DNA of 64,000 bases from an uncultured Spirochaetota bacterium. GTDB lineage: Bacteria; Spirochaetota; Brevinematia; Brevinematales; JAOACQ01. The notes under the pieces were generated by a model. The model did not search any database. It was not told where the DNA came from and worked only from the letters and a program-made list of their open reading frames with translations. Position numbers and translations under genes: made by a program. This document shows, piece after piece, positions 39,503 through 49,879 of this stretch; the first letter of the stretch is position 1; each line of letters begins with the position of its first letter. Location: contig CAVYGN010000001.1 of assembly GCA_963768055.1 (NCBI GenBank), forward strand, positions 1,472,001 through 1,536,000, in the 5' to 3' direction.

Positions 39503-40464
39503 TTCCTGCCGATAAAACCCGAGATCGCCTTGAAGATAATCAGAATGGCCGCAGTTCCGGCGATTGCGGAAATAACATACCCTGCTATCGTATTTTTAAG
39601 ATTAAAAATATTGTAATCCGTTAAGGGCGCCCTAAATTTAAATCCGCTCAGCATTCCTTCCGGGATATAACCCGTCAGTCTTTTAAGTTCATCCATAGGC
39701 CATTCGCCCCATGCCGTTCCTGAAAATAAAACCCCCAGTGGCGTTAAAACAGCCAGGACTCCCAAAAGCAGGTATAGGGGGCTGAAAATTTTGTTATCGC
39801 CGTCATGGATAATTTCCGGCGATACGCGGCGTATAAAGGCGATGACCCCGGCCGTCACCGTACCCTCGATAAAACCTGCTATTAGGTGGGCGATAAGCAT
39901 TGCGGGTATTGAGACACCAAGAGGATACGGACAGTAGAGCGGATGACCTGCCGGATCGAAAAATAACAAAGGCTGAATGCCGAACTCTACCGCGGTAAAG
40001 AAAGCTGCCAGGTTGATGGAAATGTACCCCGCGATAAAAGCCCCGGCGTATCCGTCAGGATCCCTCTTTATGAATTTCTTTATTAAATTGTAAATGAAAT
40101 AACCGGCAAAAGGTATGACAAAAGCCATATTGAAACAATTGGCGCCGAAAGCCAGAATACCGCCGTCGCCGAATAAAAGCGCCTGGATAAGAAGTGCCGT
40201 AGATACCGCTATTACCGCAGCGTACGGGCCCAGCAGAATTGCTACAAGGGTTGCACCGACGGCGTGCGCCGTAGTCCCGCCCGGAACAGGCACGTTGAAC
40301 ATCATAATGAGAAAGGAAAACGCCGCGGAGATGCCCAGGAGGGGCACCCTCTTCTCGGTCAGTTCTTTTTTTACCTTTTTTACCGACACGGTCCAAATCG
40401 GGATCATTATTGCGCCCATTACCGCGCATGTCTGGGGACTCAGATAATTGTCGGGAATATGCAT
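39484..40464 (-). CDS. cbiM: Ni/Co ECF substrate component, fused NikMN/CbiM type
   Basis: N-terminal MHIPD metal-binding motif, GGTTAH, QALLFGDGG; C-terminal AWGEW...APLTDY (PDGLE-like). Confidence 0.9.
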   Translation of the reverse strand: MHIPDNYLSPQTCAVMGAIMIPIWTVSVKKVKKELTEKRVPLLGISAAFSFLIMMFNVPVPGGTTAHAVGATLVAILLGPYAAVIAVSTALLIQALLFGDGGILAFGANCFNMAFVIPFAGYFIYNLIKKFIKRDPDGYAGAFIAGYISINLAAFFTAVEFGIQPLLFFDPAGHPLYCPYPLGVSIPAMLIAHLIAGFIEGTVTAGVIAFIRRVSPEIIHDGDNKIFSPLYLLLGVLAVLTPLGVLFSGTAWGEWPMDELKRLTGYIPEGMLSGFKFRAPLTDYNIFNLKNTIAGYVISAIAGTAAILIIFKAISGFIGRKCPEEK

Positions 40465-40593
40465 TTGCCGTCCTTAAAAACCAAGAATTATAGATCAGAT
40501 TATAAAAATAGACAAAATTTGGGGCTTAAAAACGGGGACTGATGTGGTTCACCGCAGAGGCGCGGTGAAGTTCCCCTTCCAATCTTCAATAAT

Positions 40594-40622
40594 TTTACAA
40601 ATACAATGTTTGTATATATAAT
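40594..40622 (+). promoter_or_regulatory. TA promoter with a palindromic operator in the spacer
   Basis: TTTACA-N17-TATAAT; ATACAA-tgt-TTGTAT at 40601-40615. Confidence 0.6.
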
Positions 40623-40649
40623 CATATATAATTATATTGGAGAAACAAT

Positions 40650-40895
40650 ATGAATACTAGTACTGTTAATATCTCTTTTCAAAAAGAATTACTTAGGCAG
40701 ATTGATAATATAGCTAAGGCTGAAGCCAGAACAAGATCGGAATTGATTCGTGAAGCTGCAAGAATGTATATAGAAAGGAAGAAAAGGCTGGATAAAATGT
40801 TTGCCTTCGGAGACTTCCAGCTGAAGAATAGTAATATTAAAGAAGACCAGCTGGATAATGAAATTCATAAATATAGAAAGTTGAAAAGAAAATGA
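40650..40895 (+). CDS. Ribbon-helix-helix (CopG-like) antitoxin
   Basis: VNISF...IDNIAK...RSELIREA; ATGA overlap with the PIN gene. Confidence 0.82.
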   Translation: MNTSTVNISFQKELLRQIDNIAKAEARTRSELIREAARMYIERKKRLDKMFAFGDFQLKNSNIKEDQLDNEIHKYRKLKRK

Positions 40896-41296
40896 AATCG
40901 GTCAAGGTTGTCCTGGACACCAATGTTATTATATCCGCTATAATATTCGGCGGTAAACCGAGACAACTGATTTATATGATTCACGAAATGAAATTTGAGG
41001 CTTATTTTTCAAAAGATATAATCGACGAGGTATTGGAGATTCTTGAAATGAAATTTGATTATCCAAAAAATAAGCTGATTACAGTTGAGAATGAGCTTAC
41101 ATCAATGGGGGAATTGGTGGAGCCAGGCGTTAAATTGTCAGTTATAAAAGAAGACCCCGATGATGATAAAATAATTGAATGTGCTGTTGCGGCAGAAGCT
41201 GATTATATTGTTTCCGGCGACAAGCATCTTCTTTCTTTTGAAAAATATGGTAATATTGAAATTTTGAAAACCGCTGACTTTTTGGAATTATTTTAG
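40892..41296 (+). CDS. PIN-domain toxin (PIN_3 type)
   Basis: VVLDTNVIISA, DPDDDKIIECA, IVSGDKHLL. Confidence 0.9.
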   Translation: MKSVKVVLDTNVIISAIIFGGKPRQLIYMIHEMKFEAYFSKDIIDEVLEILEMKFDYPKNKLITVENELTSMGELVEPGVKLSVIKEDPDDDKIIECAVAAEADYIVSGDKHLLSFEKYGNIEILKTADFLELF

Positions 41297-41381
41297 GAAA
41301 TTATGATGGTTTTATTCCATTAGATATTGAGCGGACGGGCTTTTATGAAATGTTTATCGTGTTCTACCGCCCCCAGCGGTT

Positions 41382-41410
41382 TTGCGGTGAAACCCCGAAT
41401 ATGCTATAAT
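41382..41410 (+). promoter_or_regulatory. Sigma70-type (extended -10) promoter of larE
   Basis: TTGCGG-N17-TATAAT with TGn before the -10; supports a start at 41444. Confidence 0.55.
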
Positions 41411-41443
41411 ATAGCGGAATCGAATCTCACAAAGCAGGTATCT

Positions 41444-42256
41444 ATGACATTGCAGGATAAATACAAAAACCTTAAATCCATAATAAAATCGTACGGCAGA
41501 GCCGCGGTTGCTTTCTCCGGCGGGGTCGACAGCTCTTTTTTGAGCAGGGCATGTTTCGATATTTTGGGCAGCAATTCGGCGGCTATAACCATCGTATCGA
41601 TAATGAACCCTAAAAGCGAGATCGACCGGTCCCACGAAATAGCCGCCCTGATCGGAATTCCCCATTATCTCCTTTATGAGGAAACTATTGAAGACGAAAT
41701 ACTGCGTAACCCTCCCGACAGGTGCTATCATTGTAAAAAGATGGAATTCTCTAAAATAATACAAAAGGCTTCCGGTCTTAACATCGGTACAGTCGTTGAC
41801 GGATCGAATTTCGACGACCTTTCGGATTACAGGCCCGGAATGCGGGCTCTGAAAGAGCTGGGGGTCAAAAGCCCTCTCAGGGAAGCGGGACTATCGAAAA
41901 AAGAGATCCGTGAATTGTCGAGGAATTCAGGTTTACCGACATGGGATAAACCGTCTTTCGCCTGCCTTGCTTCAAGGATCCCATATGAAGAAAGGATAAC
42001 AAAAGAAAAACTGCTCCGTGTCGACAGGTCGGAAGAATACCTGAGGAAAATCGGTTTTATTCAATTCAGGGTTAGAAGCCATGGAGATCTGGCCAGGATC
42101 GAAGTCAGCCCTGAAGAAAGGCCTAAAATGCTCGATTTAAAAATAATGGATGAAATTTCGTCCGTTTTAAAATCATTCGGATTTATCTATGTGTCCCTGG
42201 ACCTCGAAGGATATAAAACCGGAAGTATGAACCGCTTGCTGGAAGGGCGCTTCTAA
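41444..42256 (+). CDS. larE: Nickel pincer cofactor sulfur transferase LarE
   Basis: AFSGGVDSS PP-loop, RCYHCK, DYRPG, SPL, WDKPSFACLASR, RVR, GSMN. Confidence 0.93.
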   Translation: MTLQDKYKNLKSIIKSYGRAAVAFSGGVDSSFLSRACFDILGSNSAAITIVSIMNPKSEIDRSHEIAALIGIPHYLLYEETIEDEILRNPPDRCYHCKKMEFSKIIQKASGLNIGTVVDGSNFDDLSDYRPGMRALKELGVKSPLREAGLSKKEIRELSRNSGLPTWDKPSFACLASRIPYEERITKEKLLRVDRSEEYLRKIGFIQFRVRSHGDLARIEVSPEERPKMLDLKIMDEISSVLKSFGFIYVSLDLEGYKTGSMNRLLEGRF

Positions 42257-42359
42257 TAACCGCCTTTCTAAGGCGGATAGGTAGCGCCCATAGGGCGGTT
42301 TCATTATGATTAGAACATCTTATATTAATAATAAGCTTAGTTTTTGGAACCACCCTGAG

Positions 42360-43805
42360 TCATATTACGGGGAGGTTTGTCTTTCCCATCAGGTAAAGGT
42401 CAATAAAATGCGCGGCCTTGCGTCCCTCTGAAATGGCCCACACTATAAGGGATTGGCCCCTCCTCATATCCCCGGCGCAGAAAACCGGCTCCCTGCTTGT
42501 CATAAAATCAGTCCCCGTCAGGACATTACCCCTCTCATCGCATTTAATCTTGAGAACATCGATAAGGCCTTTATGAACAGGGCCTGTAAATCCTAATGCC
42601 AGCAATACCAGGTCGGCGTCTATCGTAAAGCCGCTGCCGCTTATTTCTTTCATAACCGGCAGGCCCTTTGCGTCATTATGGCGAAGCTCAACCCTTACAC
42701 ATGACAGCCGGCTTACACGGCCCCCTCTTCCGATAAATTTCTTTGTCGAAACCGACCAGTCCCTTTGACCACCCTCTTCGTGGCTTGAGGAAGTTTTTAA
42801 GATCATAGGGTATAAGGGCCAGGGATACCTTTCTGTCCTTTGTTCAGGGGGCTGAGGCAACAGTTCTATCTGGACAACGCAGGAGGCGCCCTGCCTGTGA
42901 GCGGTGCCTACACAGTCCGATCCCGTGTCGCCTCCGCCGATTACCACTACACGCTTGTCCCGGGCGTCTATAAGTTCCCCATTTGCTATCTCTTCTCCGG
43001 CGACCCTCCTGTTAGACTGGCTGAGGTAATCCATGGCAAAATGAATACCCTTCAGTTCCCTTCCCTCGATTTTTAAGTCTCTGGGTTCCCTTGCCCCTCC
43101 GGTAAGGCAGACGGCGTCAAATTCATTCAACAGGCGTTCAGCTTTTAAATCGATGCCTGCGTTAACTCCGGTTGTAAAATTAATCCCCTCTTTGATGAAT
43201 AGATCGACCCGCCTGTCCAATATGCTTTTTTCAAGTTTAAAATCGGGAATACCATAACGAAGCAAACCCCCGATTTTATCATCTTTTTCGTAAACCGTTA
43301 CATTATGGCCGGCTTTATTAAGCTGGGCGGCGCACGAAAGACCGGCAGGTCCGGAGCCTATAACGGCGATTTTTTCCCCTGTCCTTTTTAGAGGGGGTTC
43401 CGGCTTGATAAATCCAGTTTCAAATGCATGCTCGATAATATCAAGCTCATTTTCCCTTATCGATACAGGATCATCGTTAATGCCCAGAACGCATGAATAT
43501 TCACATGGCGAGGGGCATAGCCTCCCGGTTATTTCCGGGAGATTGTTGCAGGCCTGTAAAAGCTCCACCGCCCTTGTCCATTGTTTTTTATATGCTGCGT
43601 CATTCCAATCCGGGATAGAGCTGCCGACCGGACAGCTCCAATGACAAAAAGGAGTGCCGCAATCCATACAGCGTGACGCCTGTTCTCCTGAGATTTCCGA
43701 GTCTCTGGGAAGGCTTACTTCATTGTAATCATGAATTCGCTCACAAACCGGCCTGTATTCCGTTTTTTTTCTTCCTATCTTTAAAAAACCGTTAGTGTCA
43801 CCCAT
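42360..43805 (-). CDS. gltD: Glutamate synthase small subunit
   Basis: RCMDCGTPFC, GRLCPSPCE, GSGPAG, YGIPDFKL, GGGDTGSDC, GDMRRGQSLIVWAI. Confidence 0.96.
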   Translation of the reverse strand: MGDTNGFLKIGRKKTEYRPVCERIHDYNEVSLPRDSEISGEQASRCMDCGTPFCHWSCPVGSSIPDWNDAAYKKQWTRAVELLQACNNLPEITGRLCPSPCEYSCVLGINDDPVSIRENELDIIEHAFETGFIKPEPPLKRTGEKIAVIGSGPAGLSCAAQLNKAGHNVTVYEKDDKIGGLLRYGIPDFKLEKSILDRRVDLFIKEGINFTTGVNAGIDLKAERLLNEFDAVCLTGGAREPRDLKIEGRELKGIHFAMDYLSQSNRRVAGEEIANGELIDARDKRVVVIGGGDTGSDCVGTAHRQGASCVVQIELLPQPPEQRTERYPWPLYPMILKTSSSHEEGGQRDWSVSTKKFIGRGGRVSRLSCVRVELRHNDAKGLPVMKEISGSGFTIDADLVLLALGFTGPVHKGLIDVLKIKCDERGNVLTGTDFMTSREPVFCAGDMRRGQSLIVWAISEGRKAAHFIDLYLMGKTNLPVI

Positions 43806-46800
43806 CGTAGTCCTCCATAAGGTTTAACTTTCGGGTCATTTCTTTCTCCTTGAGAAGCTTTTTATATTCGAGGGGCATAACTTTTACAAATTTTTGCTTA
43901 ATTTCCCTCAAAGCATCAAATATATTTTTTGCGTATATACTCCCGGTGTATTTAAAATGATTATGGACCAATTTACTGATTATTTTGAGGTCTTCTTCGG
44001 TAATTTCAATCAGTTCCACCATATCCGTATTGCATTTATCTTTAAAATCGCCTTCCGGGTCATAGACATAAGCTACACCGCCGGACATACCCGCGCCGAA
44101 ATTTCTGCCTGTCTTCCCCAGTACGACAACTTTACCGCCTGTCATATATTCGCAGGCATGATCTCCTACACCCTCGACTACAGCGTTTATGCCGGAATTT
44201 CTTATGCAGAATCTTTCGCCTGCTATTCCAGCAACATAAGCCTCGCCGCTGATCGCGCCGTAGAAAGCGGTGTTGCCGATGATAATATTTTCTTCGGATC
44301 TGTAATCGCTTTTCTTATCAGGGTAAATTATGATCTTTCCCCCTGAAATGCCCTTTCCGACATAATCGTTTGCCAGGCCCTCAAGTTCGAACGTAACCCC
44401 GCCGGCAAGCCAGGAACCGAAGCTCTGTCCTGCCGTTCCTTTGAAATGATAAACTATGGTATCCTGAGACAGGCCCTTTTCTCCGTATATTCCGCAGATG
44501 GCGCCGGAAAGCATGGCTCCTGTTGTCCTGTCGGAATTCCTGATTGTAAATTCTTCTCTTACAGGTTCAGAATGTTTTAAAGCTTTCTTAGCATACCTGA
44601 TCAAATTATGGTCAAGAACCTCCCCAAGGCCATGGTCCTGGAGAGAGGTCTGGAATAATCCTGTCGATCCGCTTACTTCAGGCTTATACAGAATCCTTGA
44701 AAAATCGATATTTTTAGTTTTTACGGTTAATATTTCCCTGTTTATGTCCAGAAGTTCCGTTTTCCCGATCAGTCCGTCTATCGATCTTATTCCGAGGCCC
44801 GCCATTATCTCGCGAGTCTCATGAGCGACAAATTTCAAATAGTTCATTATATATTCGGGCCGTCCGCCGAATCTTTTCCTCAGCTTTTCGTCCTGGGTCG
44901 CCACCCCAACTGAACAAGTATTGAGATTACAATGCCTGAGCATTACACATCCTATGGATACCAGAATCGCCGTACCGAACCCGTATTCCTCCGCTCCAAG
45001 GATGGCGGCAATAACGACGTCCCTCCCTGTCCTGATCTGGCCGTCGGTCTGGAGCCTTACCCGGCTTCGCAGATTATGGAGCACAAGGGTCTGGTGGGTT
45101 TCAGAGATCCCGAGCTCCCATGGAAGACCGGCGTTCCGGATGGAACTCCATGGTGAGGCCCCGGTCCCTCCGTCCCCGCCCGATATCAATATCATATCGG
45201 CATGGCCCTTTGCCACGCCGGCGGCAATTGTACCTACGCCGATTTCAGAGACAAGCTTAACGCTTATCCTCGCCATAGGGTTTGTGTTCTTCAGGTCGAA
45301 AATAAGCTGGGCCAGATCCTCAATGGAATAAATGTCATGATGGGGCGGCGGGGATATTAAAGTAACACCGGGTGTCGTATACCTTGTTTTTGCAATATTA
45401 ATACTGACCTTATGCCCGGGGAGTTGCCCTCCTTCCCCCGGTTTCGCTCCCTGTGCTATTTTTATCTGGATTTCATCCGCATTAGAAAGATAATTTGTAG
45501 TAACGCCGAACCTTCCGGATGCGACCTGCTTTATAGAACTCCTCATGCTGGCTCCTCCGGGTAGGGGCTTAAAACGGGCAGGGTCTTCCCCGCCTTCTCC
45601 TGTATTTGATTTCGCACCTAAGCTGTTCATAGCTAAGGCAATAGTCTCATGGGCTTCTTTTGAAAGCGATCCGAAGCTCATAGCCCCTGAAGCGAATCTT
45701 TTTATTATACTCTCTTCGCTTTCCACCTCTTCAACAGGAATTGAAAGGCCAGGTCTGAATTTTAATAAAGAACGTAATGTAACAGGATTTTTCGACTGGT
45801 CGTTTATAAGTTTAGAAAATTCCTTGAACCTTTCATAATCTCCCTTTCTTACTGAATCCTGAAGAGCCGAGATACTTTCAGGGTTCCAGAGATGGACTTC
45901 CCCGTCTCTCTTCCATTGATATATTCCCCCGGTATTCAGAATTTCATTTTTAAATTCTTCCCTGAATGGAAAAGCATCCCTGTGCCTTGACATCGCTTCA
46001 TCTGCAGCAATATCGAAGCCAATTCCCCCGATCCTCGATACCGTTCCGTGGAAGCATTTTTCGATTATCTCGTCCGACAGGCCGAGGGCTTCATAAATCC
46101 CGGCCCCCCTGTAACTCTGTAGAGTCGAGATCCCCATTTTGGACAGGATTTTTAGAATTCCCTTGTCGACTGATTTTATATAATTGTGAATGGCTTCCGC
46201 GGCGTTAATATTCAAATCCCTTTCTTTAACCATGAACTTTATAGCCTCAAATGCCATATACGGGTTGATACAGTCGGCGCCGAATGCGAGGAGAAGCGCA
46301 AAATGATTGACCTCTCTTACTTCCCCGCTCTCGATAATAAAGCTTGCGGCCGATCTTTTTCCGGATGCCGTTAAAAATTGCCGAATATACCCTAGAGCGA
46401 GAAGCGACGGGATCGCCGCATAATCATGCCCTATTCCCCTGTCGCTTAAAATGAAATAAAAATAGCCTTCGCCTATCAAATCCAGGATTTCCCTGCAGGC
46501 ATTATCGAGAGCTTTCATAAAGCCGCCGATCGATTTTGTTCCGAATAGTAAAGATATTCTTCTTGATTTCCTCCCCGGCAAAGAGAGTCCGGCTAATAGC
46601 TCAAGCTGTTCATCGGTCAGAACCGGGCTGTCAACCCTTATCCTTGCACAGGTATCGGGCGACTCATCAAGAATATTATTTTTAGGCCCCAGATAACTTT
46701 CAAGGCTCATTACTATTTCCTCACGGATAGGATCGATGGCCGGATTGGTGACCTGGGCAAACAATTGCTTGAAATAATTATAAAAAAGCTGGTTTTTCCT

Positions 46801-48348
46801 TGATAAAACAGCATGAGGTGTGTCATTTCCCATAGCGCCGACAGGTTCCTGGGCATTTTCAGCCATGGGTTTCATAATGCTCTTGAGTTCTTCCCTTGTA
46901 TAACCGAAGGCCTTCAGCTTTGTGATAATATCGGGTTCTTTAGATGAATTTCCCGGCTTATCTCCAGATTTTCCGGGCTGAATTTTCTGGAGGGGGATCA
47001 TGTTTTCTTTTATCCATTTCCCGTATGGGTTTCTGATAGACAACTGCTTTTTAAGGGTATCGTCCTCTATGATCTCTCCCTTATGCGTATCGATGAACAG
47101 CATCTTTCCCGGCGTAAGCCTTCCGCTTAAGAGTATATCTTCCGGCGGCGTGTCAAGAACACCGACTTCGGATGCCATTACAATTTGCCCGCTTTTCGTG
47201 ATAATATACCGGGCGGGTCGAAGCCCGTTTCTGTCAAGCATGGCTCCCAGATATCTTCCGTCGGTAAAAGCGATCGCGGCCGGGCCGTCCCAGGGTTCCA
47301 TCATACATGCATGGTAAAGATAAAAATCCCTGAGTTTTTTATCCAGAAATTTATTATATTCCCAGGCGGCCGGTATTAACATCATCATTGAATGGGGCAT
47401 GGACCTGCCTGACAAAGTCAGAAGTTCGAATACATTGTCAATGGATGCCGAATCGCTTCCCCCGGGGGTTATTATAGGAAAAAGCTTTTTGATATTTTCC
47501 CCGAATAAGGAACTTTCCATAAGGTTTTCCATAGCTTTCATAGAATTGATATTACCGCGAATAGTATTAATCTCTCCGTTATGCGCAAGAAACCTGAAGG
47601 GCTGGGCCAGTTCCCAGGACGGGAAAGTGTTTGTACTGTATCTCGAATGTACAAGGCAAATCGCGCTTTCAATATCCGGTTCTTTAAGGTCAAGGTAAAA
47701 ATTTTCAACCTGGGAGGGTTTTAAAAGTCCCTTATAGCAGACTGTCCGGCTTGACAGGTTCGTGATATAGAATGCGGTTTTACGTTCCAGTTTGGAAGCG
47801 TGGACAGTATTCTCAATTATTTTCCTGGCTATGTATAATTTTCTTTCGAACCATAGCTCGTCGGTTTCCTTTAACTGTTCCTGCCTGTTCCCCCTGATAA
47901 TAAATACCTGTTCGATCAGCGGTTCGGTTTTCCTTGCATAATCGCCGATGCCGGAATTATCGACCGGGACTTTTCTCCATCCAAGGAGTTTGAGATTATT
48001 TTCATTTAAGATCTTTTCAAATATGTTTTTGCAGACTTTTTTATCTTCTTCGTCATCAGGTAAAAAAACGATCCCGGTGCCGTATTCCCCCTCCGGGGGA
48101 AGCCTGATATTATCGTCATTGCATGCCCGGCAAAAGAACCTGTGGGGGATCTGGATCAGTATTCCTGCTCCGTCCCCTGTTTTGGGGTCCGCGCCGGTAG
48201 CGCCCCTGTGAGCCAGCCTGTTTAAGATCTCTATTCCCTGTTTAATGATTATATTCGATTTTACCCCCTTGATGCTGCATATAAAGCCAACCCCGCAAGA
48301 ATCATGCTCAAATTCAGGATCATAAAGACCCTGTTTTTTCAAACCCAT
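43798..48348 (-). CDS. gltB: Glutamate synthase large subunit
   Basis: EHDSCGVG, HSRYSTNT, HNGEINT, EPWDGPA, QGAKPGEGGQLP, Fe-S cysteines, EYMTGG. Confidence 0.97.
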   Translation of the reverse strand: MGLKKQGLYDPEFEHDSCGVGFICSIKGVKSNIIIKQGIEILNRLAHRGATGADPKTGDGAGILIQIPHRFFCRACNDDNIRLPPEGEYGTGIVFLPDDEEDKKVCKNIFEKILNENNLKLLGWRKVPVDNSGIGDYARKTEPLIEQVFIIRGNRQEQLKETDELWFERKLYIARKIIENTVHASKLERKTAFYITNLSSRTVCYKGLLKPSQVENFYLDLKEPDIESAICLVHSRYSTNTFPSWELAQPFRFLAHNGEINTIRGNINSMKAMENLMESSLFGENIKKLFPIITPGGSDSASIDNVFELLTLSGRSMPHSMMMLIPAAWEYNKFLDKKLRDFYLYHACMMEPWDGPAAIAFTDGRYLGAMLDRNGLRPARYIITKSGQIVMASEVGVLDTPPEDILLSGRLTPGKMLFIDTHKGEIIEDDTLKKQLSIRNPYGKWIKENMIPLQKIQPGKSGDKPGNSSKEPDIITKLKAFGYTREELKSIMKPMAENAQEPVGAMGNDTPHAVLSRKNQLFYNYFKQLFAQVTNPAIDPIREEIVMSLESYLGPKNNILDESPDTCARIRVDSPVLTDEQLELLAGLSLPGRKSRRISLLFGTKSIGGFMKALDNACREILDLIGEGYFYFILSDRGIGHDYAAIPSLLALGYIRQFLTASGKRSAASFIIESGEVREVNHFALLLAFGADCINPYMAFEAIKFMVKERDLNINAAEAIHNYIKSVDKGILKILSKMGISTLQSYRGAGIYEALGLSDEIIEKCFHGTVSRIGGIGFDIAADEAMSRHRDAFPFREEFKNEILNTGGIYQWKRDGEVHLWNPESISALQDSVRKGDYERFKEFSKLINDQSKNPVTLRSLLKFRPGLSIPVEEVESEESIIKRFASGAMSFGSLSKEAHETIALAMNSLGAKSNTGEGGEDPARFKPLPGGASMRSSIKQVASGRFGVTTNYLSNADEIQIKIAQGAKPGEGGQLPGHKVSINIAKTRYTTPGVTLISPPPHHDIYSIEDLAQLIFDLKNTNPMARISVKLVSEIGVGTIAAGVAKGHADMILISGGDGGTGASPWSSIRNAGLPWELGISETHQTLVLHNLRSRVRLQTDGQIRTGRDVVIAAILGAEEYGFGTAILVSIGCVMLRHCNLNTCSVGVATQDEKLRKRFGGRPEYIMNYLKFVAHETREIMAGLGIRSIDGLIGKTELLDINREILTVKTKNIDFSRILYKPEVSGSTGLFQTSLQDHGLGEVLDHNLIRYAKKALKHSEPVREEFTIRNSDRTTGAMLSGAICGIYGEKGLSQDTIVYHFKGTAGQSFGSWLAGGVTFELEGLANDYVGKGISGGKIIIYPDKKSDYRSEENIIIGNTAFYGAISGEAYVAGIAGERFCIRNSGINAVVEGVGDHACEYMTGGKVVVLGKTGRNFGAGMSGGVAYVYDPEGDFKDKCNTDMVELIEITEEDLKIISKLVHNHFKYTGSIYAKNIFDALREIKQKFVKVMPLEYKKLLKEKEMTRKLNLMEDYDG

Positions 48349-48404
48349 AAACTTCCTCGCATGTACATATGGTAATTTTATTTTCGATTTACATCAATTA
48401 ATTA

Positions 48405-49190
48405 CTATTCTTGATGTGCGAAAATTTCTTCGTAAAAATTCTTCATTGCAATCCAGGAACGTCTGTCTGAAAGTGCGTTATAAGCTACACCGGTTGAAGG
48501 ATCGTTCCCCGAATCCGGATTTGTAAACGCATGAACGGTTCCGCTATAGAGGACCACCTGCCAGTCTACCTTTGTCTTTCTCATTGAATTCTCGAAATCG
48601 TTTAAAATTTTCGCATTGACAAAGGGGTCTTCAGCGCCATGAAGCACCAGGACTTTTCCCTTGATGTTCGCGTTTGAGTCAGGATTCGGTGAATCCAGAC
48701 TTCCATGGAATGAAACAATACCCTTAATATCCTCGCCGCTTCTTCCAAGCTCAAGTACTACGCCCCCGCCGAAACAGTAGCCCATAGCGGCAATCCTGGA
48801 AGTATCAACGTTCGGACTTTGCCTGAGGATGTTCAAAGCCGCCATGGCTCTCGAAAGCATTAATTTCCTGTCCTTCCTGTAAATACCGGCAAGTTTCCCG
48901 GCTTCTTCCCTGGTTTTTGCCTTTACGCCTTTCCCGTAAATATCGGCCGCGAAAGCTACATATCCCAGCCCGGCAATTTCCTCCGCCCTCCTAATTATAT
49001 ATGGATTAATGCCCCAATATTCATGCACGATAAGAATCCCGGGCTGTTTGCTCGTAGCGGAATTATCGTAAGCCAGGTAGCCCTCTAAAACTACATTGCC
49101 GTCTTTGTACTCAACATTTTTTTTAATTATCTCCGGATATGACAGGGCCCATAGAAAAAGAATGAATAAAACTGCGCTTATAATTCTCAT
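48405..49190 (-). CDS. Dienelactone hydrolase family protein with signal peptide
   Basis: HEYWG, GYCFGG nucleophile, HGAEDP, HAF. Confidence 0.88.
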   Translation of the reverse strand: MRIISAVLFILFLWALSYPEIIKKNVEYKDGNVVLEGYLAYDNSATSKQPGILIVHEYWGINPYIIRRAEEIAGLGYVAFAADIYGKGVKAKTREEAGKLAGIYRKDRKLMLSRAMAALNILRQSPNVDTSRIAAMGYCFGGGVVLELGRSGEDIKGIVSFHGSLDSPNPDSNANIKGKVLVLHGAEDPFVNAKILNDFENSMRKTKVDWQVVLYSGTVHAFTNPDSGNDPSTGVAYNALSDRRSWIAMKNFYEEIFAHQE

Positions 49191-49191
49191 A

Positions 49192-49836
49192 TCATCCTCC
49201 GTGCGCTTTTTCCAATAACAGCCTTACCTCTTCATCCGTCGTTTGAGTAAAGTCTTCATACCATTCACCCACGGATGAAAAATAATCGGGAGTCGAATAA
49301 CAAATAACCTCGTCGGCCTCTTCCAATAGCTCCTCACAGGATGAACGGGGAGCAACCGGTATCGACACGATTATCCTGGAAGCTCCCATCTTTCGGAGCG
49401 CCTTCACAGCCGCCTTCATTGAAGCGCCTGTGGCTAATCCATCGTCAATGATGATAATTGTTTTTTCTTTAATGATCTGCGGTTGGGCATCTTTCCTGTA
49501 AAGGAGCTCTCTTCGCGACAACTCATTTCTTTCCGATTCGCTTACTTTCATGATCGACGATTCATTAATTCTGAGCCCTCCTATCACGTCGTCATTGAGT
49601 ACTATTACGCCCCCCTGGGCTATTGCTCCCATAGCCAGTTCAGGGTTTCCGGGAGCGCCTAACTTGCGGACTATAAAAACATCAAGCGGCAGTTTGAGTG
49701 CTGTCGAAACTTCATATGCAACGGGCACCCCCCCTCTTGGCAGTGCGAGAACAATAGCATCGGAACCTTTATATTTTTCCAGCTTTTCCGCAAGCAGCGC
49801 TCCGGCTTCCCTTCTGTCACTGAATAACCTGTTCAT
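49192..49836 (-). CDS. Phosphoribosyltransferase-like protein
   Basis: FSDRREAG, LALPRGGVPVA, IIDDGLATGAS; start placed at MNRLF. Confidence 0.88.
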   Translation of the reverse strand: MNRLFSDRREAGALLAEKLEKYKGSDAIVLALPRGGVPVAYEVSTALKLPLDVFIVRKLGAPGNPELAMGAIAQGGVIVLNDDVIGGLRINESSIMKVSESERNELSRRELLYRKDAQPQIIKEKTIIIIDDGLATGASMKAAVKALRKMGASRIIVSIPVAPRSSCEELLEEADEVICYSTPDYFSSVGEWYEDFTQTTDEEVRLLLEKAHGG

Positions 49837-49879
49837 GTTTGACGCTTGCGCCTCCCGCAGGTAAATTAAGGGCACTTCT

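Noticed and set aside
40465..40560. NiCo or cobalamin riboswitch upstream of cbiM/nikM
   Set aside because: No conserved riboswitch core could be identified by eye.
40650..40895. RHH protein divergent from nikM read as NikR
   Set aside because: Only 81 aa with no C-terminal Ni-binding domain, and it overlaps a PIN toxin gene, so an antitoxin is more likely.
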